A stretch of DNA of 64,000 bases, from assembly GCA_963752255.1 (NCBI GenBank), contig CAVVXT010000003.1, forward strand, positions 113,076 through 177,075. Reading direction: 5' to 3'. Source of the DNA: Nitrososphaeria archaeon (lineage in GTDB: Archaea; Thermoproteota; Nitrososphaeria; JACIWG01). The position numbers and the translations under genes were made by a program. Position 1 is the first letter of the stretch. Every line of letters begins with the position of its first letter. This document shows, piece after piece, positions 42,985 to 53,837 of the stretch. The notes beneath the pieces are model-generated. The model saw only the letters and a list, made by a program, of their open reading frames with translations. It was not told the DNA's origin and made no database searches.

Positions 42985-43968
42985 TTATTTTTTAGTAAAA
43001 GGTGAATTTACAGGGAATAATGGTTTCTCTCCGTGAAGAACCCTTAATATCTCTTCTGCTGCTGTCACCGCCATCCTTTTTCTGCACTCGATCGTATTCG
43101 AAGCTAGATGAGGTGTGAGTAAAACGTTCTCCAATCCTATAATTGGGTCGTCGACTGGAAGAGGCTCTTTGTAAAAGACGTCGATTCCTGCTCCAGCTAT
43201 CCATTTTTCCTTCAAAGCCTTCACAAGTGCACTGTGATCAATTATTGGTCCCCGAGCAACGTTTATTATAAAAGCGGTGTCCTTCATCTTTTTTAACTCT
43301 TCTTCACCGATCAACCCCCTCGTCTGCTCCGTCAGAGCACAGGAAATGGTAACGAAATCGGAATCGTGTAAAAGCGTTTCCAAGGGTTCAAATTCTAAGC
43401 CAAATCTGTTTTCAAGATCAACCTTTCGAACAATATCGTAATATAGGAGCTTCATCTTAAAACCTTTAGCTCTTTCAGCGATACAGACACCTATTCTACC
43501 TAAGCCTATGATACCAAGAGTTTTCCCGCAGACATCGGTTCCCGTAAACAGCATAGGATCTCTAACAGTCCAACGCTTCGATTTGACGAAGTAATTTGCC
43601 TCACAGATCCTTCTTGCCAAAGTTAGGAGAAGACTAAAAGCCTGATCCGCAACGGTCTCGTTAAGAACAGGCGTCGTAGTCACCCAAATCCCCCTTTTAT
43701 TAGCCGCTTCCAAATCCACGTTATCGAATCCTACACCATGTCTTGCGATGACCTTCAGCTTAGATCCTGATTCAATAACCTTCCTAGTAGCTCTTTCAAC
43801 ATTTAATGTTACAAGCAGTGCGTCGGCATCTTTAACAGCTTCTACCAGCTCCTCCTCACTCGGCGGCTTCGGGAAGATTTTTAGCTCAGCTTCACTTTCT
43901 AGAATCCTTATTCCTTCTTCTCTCATCGGAGCGGTTACAACTATCCTAAACTTTACCAAGACCTTCAC
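42985..43968 (-). CDS. D-isomer-specific 2-hydroxyacid dehydrogenase (glyoxylate/hydroxypyruvate reductase-like)
   Basis: GVGFDNVD, GLGRIG, NVARG, DVF..EP and TPHLAS motifs. Confidence 0.92.
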   Translation of the reverse strand: MKVLVKFRIVVTAPMREEGIRILESEAELKIFPKPPSEEELVEAVKDADALLVTLNVERATRKVIESGSKLKVIARHGVGFDNVDLEAANKRGIWVTTTPVLNETVADQAFSLLLTLARRICEANYFVKSKRWTVRDPMLFTGTDVCGKTLGIIGLGRIGVCIAERAKGFKMKLLYYDIVRKVDLENRFGLEFEPLETLLHDSDFVTISCALTEQTRGLIGEEELKKMKDTAFIINVARGPIIDHSALVKALKEKWIAGAGIDVFYKEPLPVDDPIIGLENVLLTPHLASNTIECRKRMAVTAAEEILRVLHGEKPLFPVNSPFTKK

Positions 43969-44139
43969 CCTTTCTTATGCAAAACCTTTAAGCCAAAATG
44001 AAACGTTATTACAACTCTCCGGTTAGAAGTTGAAAACATAAGCTGTGAATAATGTATACAATATTTAAGCTTTGAGTTTCTTTTTTCCTACGGAAAATAC
44101 TTTTTATATATAAAGGGTTTAGTTGGAGACGATAACATA

Positions 44140-45618
44140 ATGGAATATAATTTGTTAACAAGATTACATAGGTTTCCTCCTCGATACGGTCCTGAATGGG
44201 GATCTGGTGGGATATTCGGTCTAAGATACTATAAGGGTACTTTATACTTCAATCTGTCATTTGAAGGTGAAGCCCACTTTGTTGACGCTGAAAGAGATAA
44301 AGTATATAGTTACAACCTGATTGGACCAAGCCCTGTATCAGGAGGCGACACATACAACGCCGTCGACACGGTTGACAATAAGATATACTTCGGTGGATGG
44401 ATACATGCACCTGCAGTTTACGACAGATCTGGTGAAAAGAGAGCAATATCATTTGTCAACAAATACAGTCACGTCCACGAATATGATACCAAAGAAAAAA
44501 AGATACGCCTAGTGTGGAAAGATAGCATACATGATTCTACTGAATGGGCGGGAGAGGTCTCAGAGATAGTGTACAACCCTGTCGACGACAAGCTGTTGTT
44601 GGCTAGGGCTGACGGACACAAGAACCTCGGCATATTCTCTCTCGATAGAAAAAGTGGGGAAACCCAGTTGATTAGCCAGGATCCAGGTGTCAAGGGGACA
44701 CTCTTCCTTGACACAGCATGCTTTGACACATCAAGCATCGGTAATTTTACTGGAATACAGTGCTTGGAGCTTTCCAGTAACAAATGGGTAAAACAGAAGA
44801 TAGAAGATTTATCGGAGATTTCAGTCGACGACGGCTCATGCTTTAGACCGTTCGTCGGATCCATGACTTCTGCGTACGCGAGGCTATTCGTTTTCATTAA
44901 GGGAGGAATGATTGTAGACAACCCCTTAGATTACAATAGAGAAACAGTGAAATTCATCAGGCTATTCGACTTTGGATACTCGGGATACTCGCCGAGCAGA
45001 ACGGTCGCACTGCCTCTTGGAGGAGGCGTTCTAACGGCGTTCAATTCATTCACGCACGGTTTCGTTAATCCGATGAATCCGGAAGAAGTAAAAGAAGCAG
45101 AAGTCGTAAACACAATTATCGGCCCATCAGTGCTGGTTTATCTGTCGCCTCCAATGGCTCGAATAGTAGGCTCCTTCGGAGCTAGGGTAACTTCGATAGA
45201 AAGCTTTGGCGACAAGATTCTACTAGGCACCTCTACAACAGCGAATCTAGCAAGGTTTGATGCGACACCCATAGACGCGGGATACAGGGATATTCTGACT
45301 TTAGACAACAACTTGCTCCTTTCGAATCCACCTCCAGTAAGCTACAGTATACCAGGTAGCAGGATCGCTAACCTAAATTGGGGAGGAATACCTCTTTTCG
45401 GCTACAAGAACTCGAAAATGGTTTTCAAAGCCTCGAAAGACAACAGGTTAACCGTGTACGAATATGACATAGGTCTACCTGTGCAAAAAGCTGAAAGGAG
45501 TGTCCGCCAAATTAAAGCTGGGAAGAATATAATTAACCTTTCAGATTACGATAGAATATTGTCGTTCAAACTCGAAGAAGAGGATTTAGAGGCTACGATT
45601 TATTTACATCTTAAATAA
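44140..45618 (+). CDS. DUF2139-like crenarchaeal conserved protein
   Basis: FPPRYGPEWGSGGIFGL and SGGDTYNA motifs. Confidence 0.75.
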   Translation: MEYNLLTRLHRFPPRYGPEWGSGGIFGLRYYKGTLYFNLSFEGEAHFVDAERDKVYSYNLIGPSPVSGGDTYNAVDTVDNKIYFGGWIHAPAVYDRSGEKRAISFVNKYSHVHEYDTKEKKIRLVWKDSIHDSTEWAGEVSEIVYNPVDDKLLLARADGHKNLGIFSLDRKSGETQLISQDPGVKGTLFLDTACFDTSSIGNFTGIQCLELSSNKWVKQKIEDLSEISVDDGSCFRPFVGSMTSAYARLFVFIKGGMIVDNPLDYNRETVKFIRLFDFGYSGYSPSRTVALPLGGGVLTAFNSFTHGFVNPMNPEEVKEAEVVNTIIGPSVLVYLSPPMARIVGSFGARVTSIESFGDKILLGTSTTANLARFDATPIDAGYRDILTLDNNLLLSNPPPVSYSIPGSRIANLNWGGIPLFGYKNSKMVFKASKDNRLTVYEYDIGLPVQKAERSVRQIKAGKNIINLSDYDRILSFKLEEEDLEATIYLHLK

Positions 45619-45734
45619 ATTTGAAAAATAAGCATTTAGTGGCGCTTAAGTAAAGCCTTTCTCAGTTGCAGTGTACCCTAAGCCTTAGAAAAAAAATACT
45701 TCTGGATTTTTTAATCTCCTTGAGGTTCAAAATA

Positions 45735-46484
45735 TCATAATTTATCATAATCAAAGTATAATGTATTATACGCCTTTATTACGTGATCGATGGCATCTTC
45801 TCTTTTTCCTTGTAGGATCAAATTTTTTGCGGAATCATATTCTTCCATCGCAATTTCGAAGCCGGGTTTACCTTTTGAAATCTGGATCAGTTGACTGACT
45901 AGGAGAAGCATTTCATCCAAGTATGTATTGTTGAGAAAATTAAGTTTTTCATAGTACTTGATTTTGTCCCTAAAGCCCTTAAATGGCTCTTTTTCAGAAG
46001 GCAGCTCTGCCAGCCTTTGTCCTGACGTAAAAATGGATTCAATAACTTGTTCGAAGTTAAACCTAGACACCGGCGTCGGTTCAATAGCTCTGAAGCCTTT
46101 GTGATAGAAGAAACGATATATGTTCTGCACAGCCGAGCATAGGCCTGTACCAGTTCCACCCGCAACCGATATTCCAATCCCATATTTTCCTTTTGAATTG
46201 GATATTCTAACAGTATCCATGAAATTTTTCGTCAAACCATTGATTAAACCCCAATAGACGGGTGCACCGATGACAATAGCATCTGCTCCTTCGCATAAGG
46301 AATTCAACTCTTCAGGGCAGACAGCTTCTTCCGTGTATACTGGAACATCATAATCGATTAAGTATATCTTCTTAACTTCTGTACCCTTTGATTTAACGCC
46401 TTCTAAACATCTACTAACTAGCTGATCGGTCAGTTTCCCCTTTCTTGGACTTCCAATGATGCCTATAACCTTCTTTAACGTCAT
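45735..46484 (-). CDS. Flavodoxin family (NADPH-dependent FMN reductase-like) protein with a helical C-terminus
   Basis: GSPRKG..T, GAPVYW and KNFMD motifs. Confidence 0.85.
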   Translation of the reverse strand: MTLKKVIGIIGSPRKGKLTDQLVSRCLEGVKSKGTEVKKIYLIDYDVPVYTEEAVCPEELNSLCEGADAIVIGAPVYWGLINGLTKNFMDTVRISNSKGKYGIGISVAGGTGTGLCSAVQNIYRFFYHKGFRAIEPTPVSRFNFEQVIESIFTSGQRLAELPSEKEPFKGFRDKIKYYEKLNFLNNTYLDEMLLLVSQLIQISKGKPGFEIAMEEYDSAKNLILQGKREDAIDHVIKAYNTLYFDYDKL

Positions 46485-46604
46485 ATTTCTCTTAAAGTCT
46501 CGACAACTTGCACTATATAGATTTTTTCAAAAAAGTTTTATAATATAACTACTATATTGATGTAAGTTGGAAATCTCACAGGTATAGCACGAAGGACTGA
46601 TTGA

Positions 46605-47096
46605 CTAAACCTTATTATTTCGAGAGATGAAGTCTTCCTTATCACCTGATAGTTGGTAAATATATGCTCCAATTTCTACCTTCCCTTCTCTTCTAAGTTT
46701 AGAAACGAGCCAAGACAATAAGCTAAATTGTTCTACTGTAAGTGGTGGGTCCTTATAACGTGATGGATCGCTGAAGACCCATTCACCTTCTCCCTGCTTA
46801 TATGCCTTCCAAGGAAGCACGCTAAGGGCGGGTTCTTGAGCTTGTTGTGATATTATACTGGGCTGGAAGCTCTGTTCAGACTGGGATGTAGGAACAGGAG
46901 AAGGTTTTGTCTTCCTTAATCCTAAAACATAAACCAATGTAATATCTTGAAATAGATTTCCTTTCTTATCCACTTTTGAGATCGATCTTTCTTTTATTGA
47001 TAGAAGCTCCCAACCATTGAGAAGATGGTCATTTACTGCTTGAACTTCTGTTAGCTCTTTTACAGCTTCTATACCCCTATAATATCGTTCATTCAT
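46605..47096 (-). CDS. Hypothetical protein
   Basis: 163-aa ORF; VNDHL..GWELL and WKAYK..EGEW segments. Confidence 0.65.
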   Translation of the reverse strand: MNERYYRGIEAVKELTEVQAVNDHLLNGWELLSIKERSISKVDKKGNLFQDITLVYVLGLRKTKPSPVPTSQSEQSFQPSIISQQAQEPALSVLPWKAYKQGEGEWVFSDPSRYKDPPLTVEQFSLLSWLVSKLRREGKVEIGAYIYQLSGDKEDFISRNNKV

Positions 47097-47598
47097 TGAT
47101 TATACTGTCCTCTACTCGTTATATATGAACGTAATCCTTTTCTTAAATCATTTTTCAAATCATATCAGCTGCCCTACTCTAACTAATGTTCAATTCCTAA
47201 TTATTATGATCGGCATTTAAATTTTTAGAAATGCTCGGAAACTTGTCACGAGGACATAATAAAAATTCATGTTCATTGGAGGATCCCTTATTTTATTCAA
47301 AGTTCAACCCAAGCAAGGTCGGTTGTACTTAATGAACTTTAAAATGCAAGTTACAATTTAAAGAAAGTGAAATTTCTTCAAATATTAGAAAAGATATAGG
47401 AATTATGAAAGAAAAAGTGCATGCTTTCCTTCGCTTAGTCTATCAAGTCTATTTAAATATTATGTCTCACACACTAAGTTTATGGAATATAATGTGAATG
47501 GTTTCGACACAGATCTTCCCAAACGAAACATTAGCCCGTTTGTTATGTCAGGGTTAATGGTAGTACTTTTTGTCAACCACTGGTAAACTGATCAACAT

Positions 47599-48183
47599 CT
47601 AAGGTATTAAAAAAGTTCCAACATAATATATCTCAGAGTCAGTTCTAATATTAATTTCAACTGCCTGTCCAGAAACGATTGCCTTTGCATCACCTTTATC
47701 AGGAAAAGAAATTAAAATTACTCCAGATGAACCCATTTTTATTGGTTCAATTGAAGAACTTCCATTAACCATCGCTGAACTCCAAAAAGTAAACAAAGGC
47801 TTATCGCCAATAAGTATCTCTGTTATGAAAATGTCAGAGAAGCCAGTGTTCTTATAGCCGATTGTGAAGGTGTAATCGCTGGGATTCCTAGTTACGAAGG
47901 AATTTATTATTTCAAGATTCTCAGGAATAGTAGTAACTGTTTCTGTTGTTGATATTGTTTTAGTATAAGTCTGAGATTGTGTAATAGTAGCTATTGAAGT
48001 TTGGGTTGATGTGAGAGTTGATGTTATGGTCTGTGTTAAAGTGTATGGTATAGTGGTTGTTTGTCCTTTAATGGTTGCATTCTCACCATATAGATAACCA
48101 ACTAGTCCCACCAATAAAACTACTACTATAACTAAAAAACCTATTACGCCATAAACAGCCTTTGACATGATCTCCTTTAACAA
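47599..48183 (-). CDS. Surface-anchored protein: TM helix, Thr-rich linker and Ig-like domain
   Basis: Composition and YKNTG motif. Confidence 0.75.
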   Translation of the reverse strand: MLKEIMSKAVYGVIGFLVIVVVLLVGLVGYLYGENATIKGQTTTIPYTLTQTITSTLTSTQTSIATITQSQTYTKTISTTETVTTIPENLEIINSFVTRNPSDYTFTIGYKNTGFSDIFITEILIGDKPLFTFWSSAMVNGSSSIEPIKMGSSGVILISFPDKGDAKAIVSGQAVEINIRTDSEIYYVGTFLIP

Positions 48184-48288
48184 AAGTATCTAACAATGAT
48201 ATATAAGATTATAATAGAAACGTTGAATATACAATTCTGTTCGAAAACTAATTCTAAGGATAAATCAATTAGACGTATAAAAATATCT

Positions 48289-48376
48289 AAGATTATAAGT
48301 GTAGGGTACACTATGTATATCATATATTCTATTATCTTCAATAAAAAGATTATTAGTGTAGGGTAAACAAAGTGTT
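48289..48376 (+). repeat. 23-bp direct repeat (21/23 identical) with a 57-bp period, forming a motif B pair
   Basis: AAGATTATAAGTGTAGGGTACAC and AAGATTATTAGTGTAGGGTAAAC. Confidence 0.8.
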
Positions 48377-48796
48377 ACCACTATTGTAAATTTAATATGT
48401 GTTGGCAAGACACTATACCAATTATAGCATTCAAAGACTTAAGGAAACAGATAATATAGCTGAGTTAAAAATATTAATTGTCGAATAGGTTAGATAGTCT
48501 ATTCATATACTCGGAAGCATATTAAAGAAATAGCCATAAGATTCAGTTTTAATCTTTATGGAACATCAATTTCTATGTACTAATTGAACTGGTAACATTA
48601 ATTATTGCTTTCGTTTTTTTAGTTGTATATTTCCAGAAAATAGTCCAAACCTTTTAACTTCGATTTATTGCACTTCCGTCCATATATATTATTTGGGAGA
48701 AAATAAAAGAATTTAATAGCAAAACTACCAAAATATCACTACCATTATAAGTATAAGTACAACGATAAAGTATTCTTCACGAAATCTCTGAGCTAA

Positions 48797-48991
48797 ATGC
48801 CAGGAACTAAAAAATTCAAATTAACAGCTAAAATAAATTCGAGGCTTTCGCATCGTAAATATTCAAGGAAATTTGGTCTAAAATGTTACAAATGTCAAAG
48901 AGATTTAAACATAGGTGAAACAATCGTTTCAAAAGGTGCTCCAAGAAAATATCACTGTCTCCAATGTGCAAAGGCGTTAAATCTTATATAA
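48797..48991 (+). CDS. Small Zn-finger protein
   Basis: CYKC...HCLQCAK. Confidence 0.65.
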   Translation: MPGTKKFKLTAKINSRLSHRKYSRKFGLKCYKCQRDLNIGETIVSKGAPRKYHCLQCAKALNLI

Positions 48992-49149
48992 AAAATCAAA
49001 ATTGGTCATTTATTACGCATCTAACTAACTTTTCTTCTAATTGTTGTTGGGAGAAAGATCTATTTTTCTAAGAAGGCGTATAAACTGAAATTCTCATATC
49101 AAACCTTCGTTTTCCTTAATAAAAAATTAAATCATAAAAGATTTAGCCT

Positions 49150-49572
49150 TCAATTAACGTCGTGTATAAAAATTTTGTTTTTGCATTCGGGACAGAGTTT
49201 TTGCCTGAATCCTCTTCTCCGTAAAGGTTTGAACAGTTTTCTGCAAACACTGCATTCGACTTTATTAGTATTAGGAGATTTAATTATCTTCAATCTTCTT
49301 CCAATTTCAGCTTTAGTTTCAACATCAATCTCAGTCTCAAGCGCATCTGTCAACAGTTGACTAGCCAGTTCTATGCTTTTGTCTCCAAAAAGCTTCACAA
49401 AAACACTATTCTTATCTGAACCTATTTGCGCTGGCAACATGCAAACAAAGTTTGAGGGATACTTTTCGGGCCTATCCAAATCAACTACTGCACAGCGATA
49501 GCGTTGCGCCAAAGAAGTTCCACTTGCTCCTTTCATCTTGAATATTTTCAGCTTAACATTCATATTCATCAA
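49150..49572 (-). CDS. Conserved archaeal hypothetical protein with a C-terminal Zn ribbon
   Basis: YPSNFVCMLP; CSVC...CPEC. Confidence 0.75.
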   Translation of the reverse strand: MMNMNVKLKIFKMKGASGTSLAQRYRCAVVDLDRPEKYPSNFVCMLPAQIGSDKNSVFVKLFGDKSIELASQLLTDALETEIDVETKAEIGRRLKIIKSPNTNKVECSVCRKLFKPLRRRGFRQKLCPECKNKIFIHDVN

Positions 49573-49649
49573 CTAGTTTTAGTTTTTCATAGCTTCTTCA
49601 TCTTTTTATCCTATTTTGAAAGCATAAAATTAGTTAGCTGTTTCTATAG

Positions 49650-50132
49650 CTTCTTAGTTCTCTAAGCCATTGATAGCTTATGCTCTTAGTGAGATAGCCT
49701 CCTTTAATGGTGTAAAATCTGTTAAGACACATATCTATCGGTTTCTGATAGTGCTCCACCTATATAAAGAAACCCTTATCAACCAGTTAAATAAGTATAA
49801 ATCAGTGCCACTTTTTTCATATATTAAACCCCCAATAATTCGATTTCATATTCGAATATATTTGTATTTGTGTCAACCTCGTAATCAAGACCAACCCAAT
49901 CGGAGATACCTTCAAGGTATTCAGTCCCCCTTTAGAAATGACAATTTTCTTTATGCTGCAAACGAAATCCGACTTTTTTATTAACATCCATGATATATGC
50001 CCAATCAACGTCTATTCTATTCCAAGCACCAATTCCTTTTTTCTTAAGTGTAAAATTATCTGAATCTTGATATATCGTAAAGAATTTTGATCCTTGCTCA
50101 TTTGTAACGGATAAACATAGTGTAGCTAACAC
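49650..50132 (-). pseudogene. Fragmented hypothetical gene
   Basis: Overlapping short co-oriented ORFs; ends approximate. Confidence 0.3.
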
Positions 50133-50306
50133 TTAATTAGTGATGACATTTAAAATATATCTTCCAGGTTATTTGTAAATGGTTCTATAATTGAAATGCA
50201 GCGGCTAGTTGATCTAAAATGTGTGTGAGTTTGCTAATATTAAAAAAAGAAAGAATTGGATCCTATATAATTCTTTAGTTTTCTTACCTTTTTAGATTTA
50301 AATAAT

Positions 50307-50606
50307 TTACTTCTGGATCCCTAACTTCTTTGCCCAAGTTAGACCTTCTGAGATTTCCAGCACAGGAACTATCTTGACGTCTCCCACTAGTCTTAGTTGC
50401 TCCACAGCATTATTAAGTGCTTGGTTGTTATCTGCATCAATAACAAAGTAATATGTATGACCTGGTGCGTCCAGATATCCTCCTACAACCTTTACCTTAG
50501 ATGCTTTCATACTCTCTCCTAATTTTGCAAGGAACTCCTTGTCTGGTCTTATCTTTCCTCCTGGACATAATTCAGCGGTGTGCTTTGCATCAATCACGAA
50601 TAGCAA
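50307..50606 (-). CDS. Small dimeric alpha+beta-barrel (DUF3303-like) protein
   Basis: MLFVIDAKHTAELCP...PGHTYYFVIDA...IVPV. Confidence 0.7.
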   Translation of the reverse strand: MLFVIDAKHTAELCPGGKIRPDKEFLAKLGESMKASKVKVVGGYLDAPGHTYYFVIDADNNQALNNAVEQLRLVGDVKIVPVLEISEGLTWAKKLGIQK

Positions 50607-50873
50607 TTTATCTTACCTCGATGAAATGGAGGTGTCAGTTAGATATAAGAATATCCCGAAAATGTTCGGGCTATCTATATGTAAACAATTAGACCAAATA
50701 AGGAGAAACCTCAAAAAAGTTGAGAAGATCGCACTAGGAGGCTAAAAAATACAGTTTGGCTAGTTAATCCCTAGCCTTTTCAGCTTGATTTTGCATAAAT
50801 ATTTGAAAAAAATTAAAAATAGAAGCGTTATGGAAAGCAAAAACTTAAATAATACCATATTACTTTAAAAAGA

Positions 50874-51176
50874 GTGAATTATATGGTAATGGTAATCGTT
50901 CGCCATACATTCAAAGAATACAACATATTTTGCAGTAGAGTAGCAGATTGGGTAATGAGACCCGAGAAGGGATATAAATACATTAAAACCTATTCCGCCT
51001 TCCCTGTGAAGAATGAAGCATGGTGTATCTGGGATATTGCTAATCCCTTTGATATACCAAATTTCCAAAAGGAGCTTAGCGGAGCCATAGGTGATTCTGG
51101 GACCGCTGAAGTGACTTGGGTTACTGAATTTACACCAGAAACATTCCCATCATTCCAGTATGTACCTAAGAAATAA
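50874..51176 (+). CDS. Small dimeric alpha+beta-barrel-like protein
   Basis: MVIVRHT...AWCIWD...EVTWV. Confidence 0.6.
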   Translation: MNYMVMVIVRHTFKEYNIFCSRVADWVMRPEKGYKYIKTYSAFPVKNEAWCIWDIANPFDIPNFQKELSGAIGDSGTAEVTWVTEFTPETFPSFQYVPKK

Positions 51177-51178
51177 AT

Positions 51179-51214
51179 AGCTAAGCTTTAGACTTAGCTC
51201 TCCATTTCTTTTTC
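51179..51214 (+). terminator. Hairpin plus T-tract terminator candidate
   Basis: AGCTAAG/CTTAGCT stem directly after the stop codon, followed by TTTCTTTTT. Confidence 0.35.
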
Positions 51215-51467
51215 TGCCCTGAAATAATCATAAAAAAGAACTTAGTTGATCTCTAATCTTTTACTTTCTCATATTCGTGAATGAATCTTTTCCGTTCCCA
51301 TAACTCTATTTTATCGCCCATTTTATGACTGTTAGTATGTTAACCACAAATATACATAAATAATCATCTTTTAATTACTTTTTTCAATTATAAAAAAAAT
51401 TTATGACAATATAAAGATTATTAACTGAAATAGTTTATAAACTATTATTATTTCTAATATATTACCT

Positions 51468-51776
51468 ATGACCAAGAGTTTGATCATTTGGAGGGTAAAT
51501 GAGAACATTTGGCCTACATCACCAGAAGTTTCAATAAAACTACAGCTTGGGATGGTACAGATGGTGAAAGAAGACCTCACCAAGGGTGCGCATAAAGACT
51601 TTGGGATGTCTGTTAATGGTGCAATGGGGTACGTGATTAGTGAGCTACCTGAAAAGTAGCTTTGGGAAAATATTATGCGGTTTGAGCCATACGTTCACTT
51701 CGAAATTCACCCTGTACTTTCGGCTGATGATGTAATTAATACTTTACAGAAGGATTTGGAGTCGCTCAAAAAATAA
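51468..51776 (+). pseudogene. DUF3303-like protein with an in-frame TAG at 51657
   Basis: Frame continues LWENIMRFEPYVHFEIHPVLSADD... for 38 codons after the TAG. Confidence 0.7.
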
Positions 51777-51934
51777 AAAATTAGAGTTGATATTAAAGAC
51801 CATAATAAAAACCCGCTATTTTTCGGTTTTCACTGTCATCGTCTTTTTTTCTTCGTTTTCTTTCTGACATCCTTTATGCCACCTCCTTCTTTTAGTAGAC
51901 TATCGGCACAAAAGATATATTTATAAATATTATT

Positions 51935-51960
51935 AATAATCAAAAAAAACAGTTAACTAT
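51935..51960 (+). repeat. Motif C: AATAATCAAAAAAAACAGTTAACTAT
   Basis: Near-identical to the reverse complement of 55915-55941. Confidence 0.75.
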
Positions 51961-52117
51961 TGGTTTATATCTAATCGAACTAGCCCGCCGTCTTCTTTTT
52001 TACTCTCTTCCCTGAGAGACTAGATATAAAAATAGAAAAACTTGATTTTGATAAAATTGATGTCTATTAAAAAATGGTATAGCTTTATATATATGGAATA
52101 AATAAAAAAAATAACTT

Positions 52118-52780
52118 ATGACAAGAGCTCTACAAGGTTTCATATTTATTTGTGTCGTAGTATTGCTTGTATGGCCAAGTAGCATATATGCGGCCCAATC
52201 TGGTTGGAGTACTACTACCACCGATGTAACAAGTCCTAATGGGGCTGTTTATGAATTCAATTTTGATTGCCCTGAAAAATTTTCCACTGGTGAATTCTAC
52301 ACGATTCCAATTTCATTCACAGTGAAGTCCTTTGGGACTGACGTTGTTGAAGCACGGGTCATTTCCATTCGACTTGATATATCCACTCCCTCTGCTTTGT
52401 TTGTCACCGACCCTATGAGCGAAGATGCAGAGCTCAAATTAGTTGGTAGTGGCTTCAGCACAACGTGGCTCATTAGGATTTTTGATAAGGACGTAGGTCT
52501 CAGTGAGGGGCAGGCAAGACTTGGTTGGTTTTCTCCGATCATTAGGATTGAAGAACACTTGAAGGACGGACAAATAAGTGACAACGATGTTTGGGCAACG
52601 GTGAGACCGACTTTCGTCAGTCCAGAATCCGAGCCTCAAATGGGCTCCTTGCTTATTAATTTATTCACACAATTTAGCACGATTCTGGCTGTCGTAGCCA
52701 TAATATTGAGCGCAGTTGCTTTGGGAGTTAGTCTAGGGAAAAGAAGAAGCCAGTCACTCACCCAGAACAAAGTACTATAG
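52118..52780 (+). CDS. Secreted protein with a C-terminal membrane anchor
   Basis: Signal peptide, beta-rich middle, TM helix plus basic tail. Confidence 0.75.
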   Translation: MTRALQGFIFICVVVLLVWPSSIYAAQSGWSTTTTDVTSPNGAVYEFNFDCPEKFSTGEFYTIPISFTVKSFGTDVVEARVISIRLDISTPSALFVTDPMSEDAELKLVGSGFSTTWLIRIFDKDVGLSEGQARLGWFSPIIRIEEHLKDGQISDNDVWATVRPTFVSPESEPQMGSLLINLFTQFSTILAVVAIILSAVALGVSLGKRRSQSLTQNKVL

Positions 52781-53602
52781 ACAAAAACCACGGCAACTCA
52801 AAAGTTAGCCAATGAGCTACAAAACTTACGACAATTAAAGTGTAAGCAAGTTTTGAATTCATCTTTTATATAATAGTATATACCAAGATATTTAAGATTA
52901 TAACTTTAGACTACAGTAAATTTATATATTGAAAAAGAAATTTCTAAAATTTCAGAAATAGAGAAGGTAGTTAAAGAACTTAGCAGAAAAGGCTAGGGAT
53001 TAACTAGCCAAACATCAGAAAATACAAAGTTTCCCTATAAACTATACACTTACGATGATATCCAAAAAAGATAGAAGTATATATAAAAGCATACCGAATA
53101 GCATTAATGCGAAAAGAATTTAGATATAAAAAAGATGTTAAAAAACAGAAGAGATATATAAAAAATAAAAAAAAGTAATTGCCTTTACCAAATTCCATTT
53201 TGATTCATGCTTTAGGAAATATCACTAAGAGATTACTACCTCATTAGCATAATCGTTTCCAGCAGAAGTGTGAACTTCGATATAGAAATTTTTATTCTAT
53301 CGCCAACTCTGGCGGTGTAGTCCAATGGTCAAAGGTGCTAGGGTCTATTTCAAAAGACATGACCTTTTCTTTATCTAGGATATTTTGAATGGTTGGAAAT
53401 AGAGGCATATGAAAGGTTAAAGCGTCTCTTATCTCAGGCGTTAAATCGTCCCTTCTTATCGTCCGCAAAGTATTTCCTAAATTGAATAAGATGGTTGCCT
53501 CTGGTGAAGCATATAGAGAAGATGTAATGGAACAAATAAGACACAAAGGATAAGTATTAAAAAATAAAGCTGAGAAAAAGAAAAAAGAGGAAGATATAAA
53601 AC

Positions 53603-53837
53603 ATGTTTAGTAAGCGTGAAATCGAGTATATAGACAATCCTTCTAAATTCAATAAACCAATGACAAAATACCTTAGACATCAAATAAAAAAAAGATTATA
53701 GAACTAAAGCAAGAAATAGAACTCATAAAATCAAACCAAGAACTTTCTAACCTTTTCGATGAAACCTTTATGGTGAAATTACAAAGGTTTCCTGCAGAGC
53801 GGATCTACAGGGGTTCAAATCCCCTCCCCACCTCCTT
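53603..53837 (+). pseudogene. Int(N): N-terminal fragment of a split tyrosine integrase, reading into the att copy
   Basis: MFSKREIEY...KYLRHQIKK[K]IIELKQEIELI...QRF-PAERIYRGSNPLPTS; needs one extra A in the A8 run at 53686-53693. Confidence 0.65.

Noticed and set aside
48289-48368. Mini-CRISPR (23-bp repeats, 34-bp spacer)
   Set aside because: Only two imperfect units and no cas genes; better explained as a motif B pair
53311-53345. tRNA-5'-half-like GGCGGTGTAGTCCAATGGTCAA
   Set aside because: No D-stem pairing, anticodon arm or T-arm, and it does not match tRNA-Cys
53681-53700. Programmed -1 frameshift at A8G in Int(N)
   Set aside because: Geometrically possible but indistinguishable from the many homopolymer indels in this assembly
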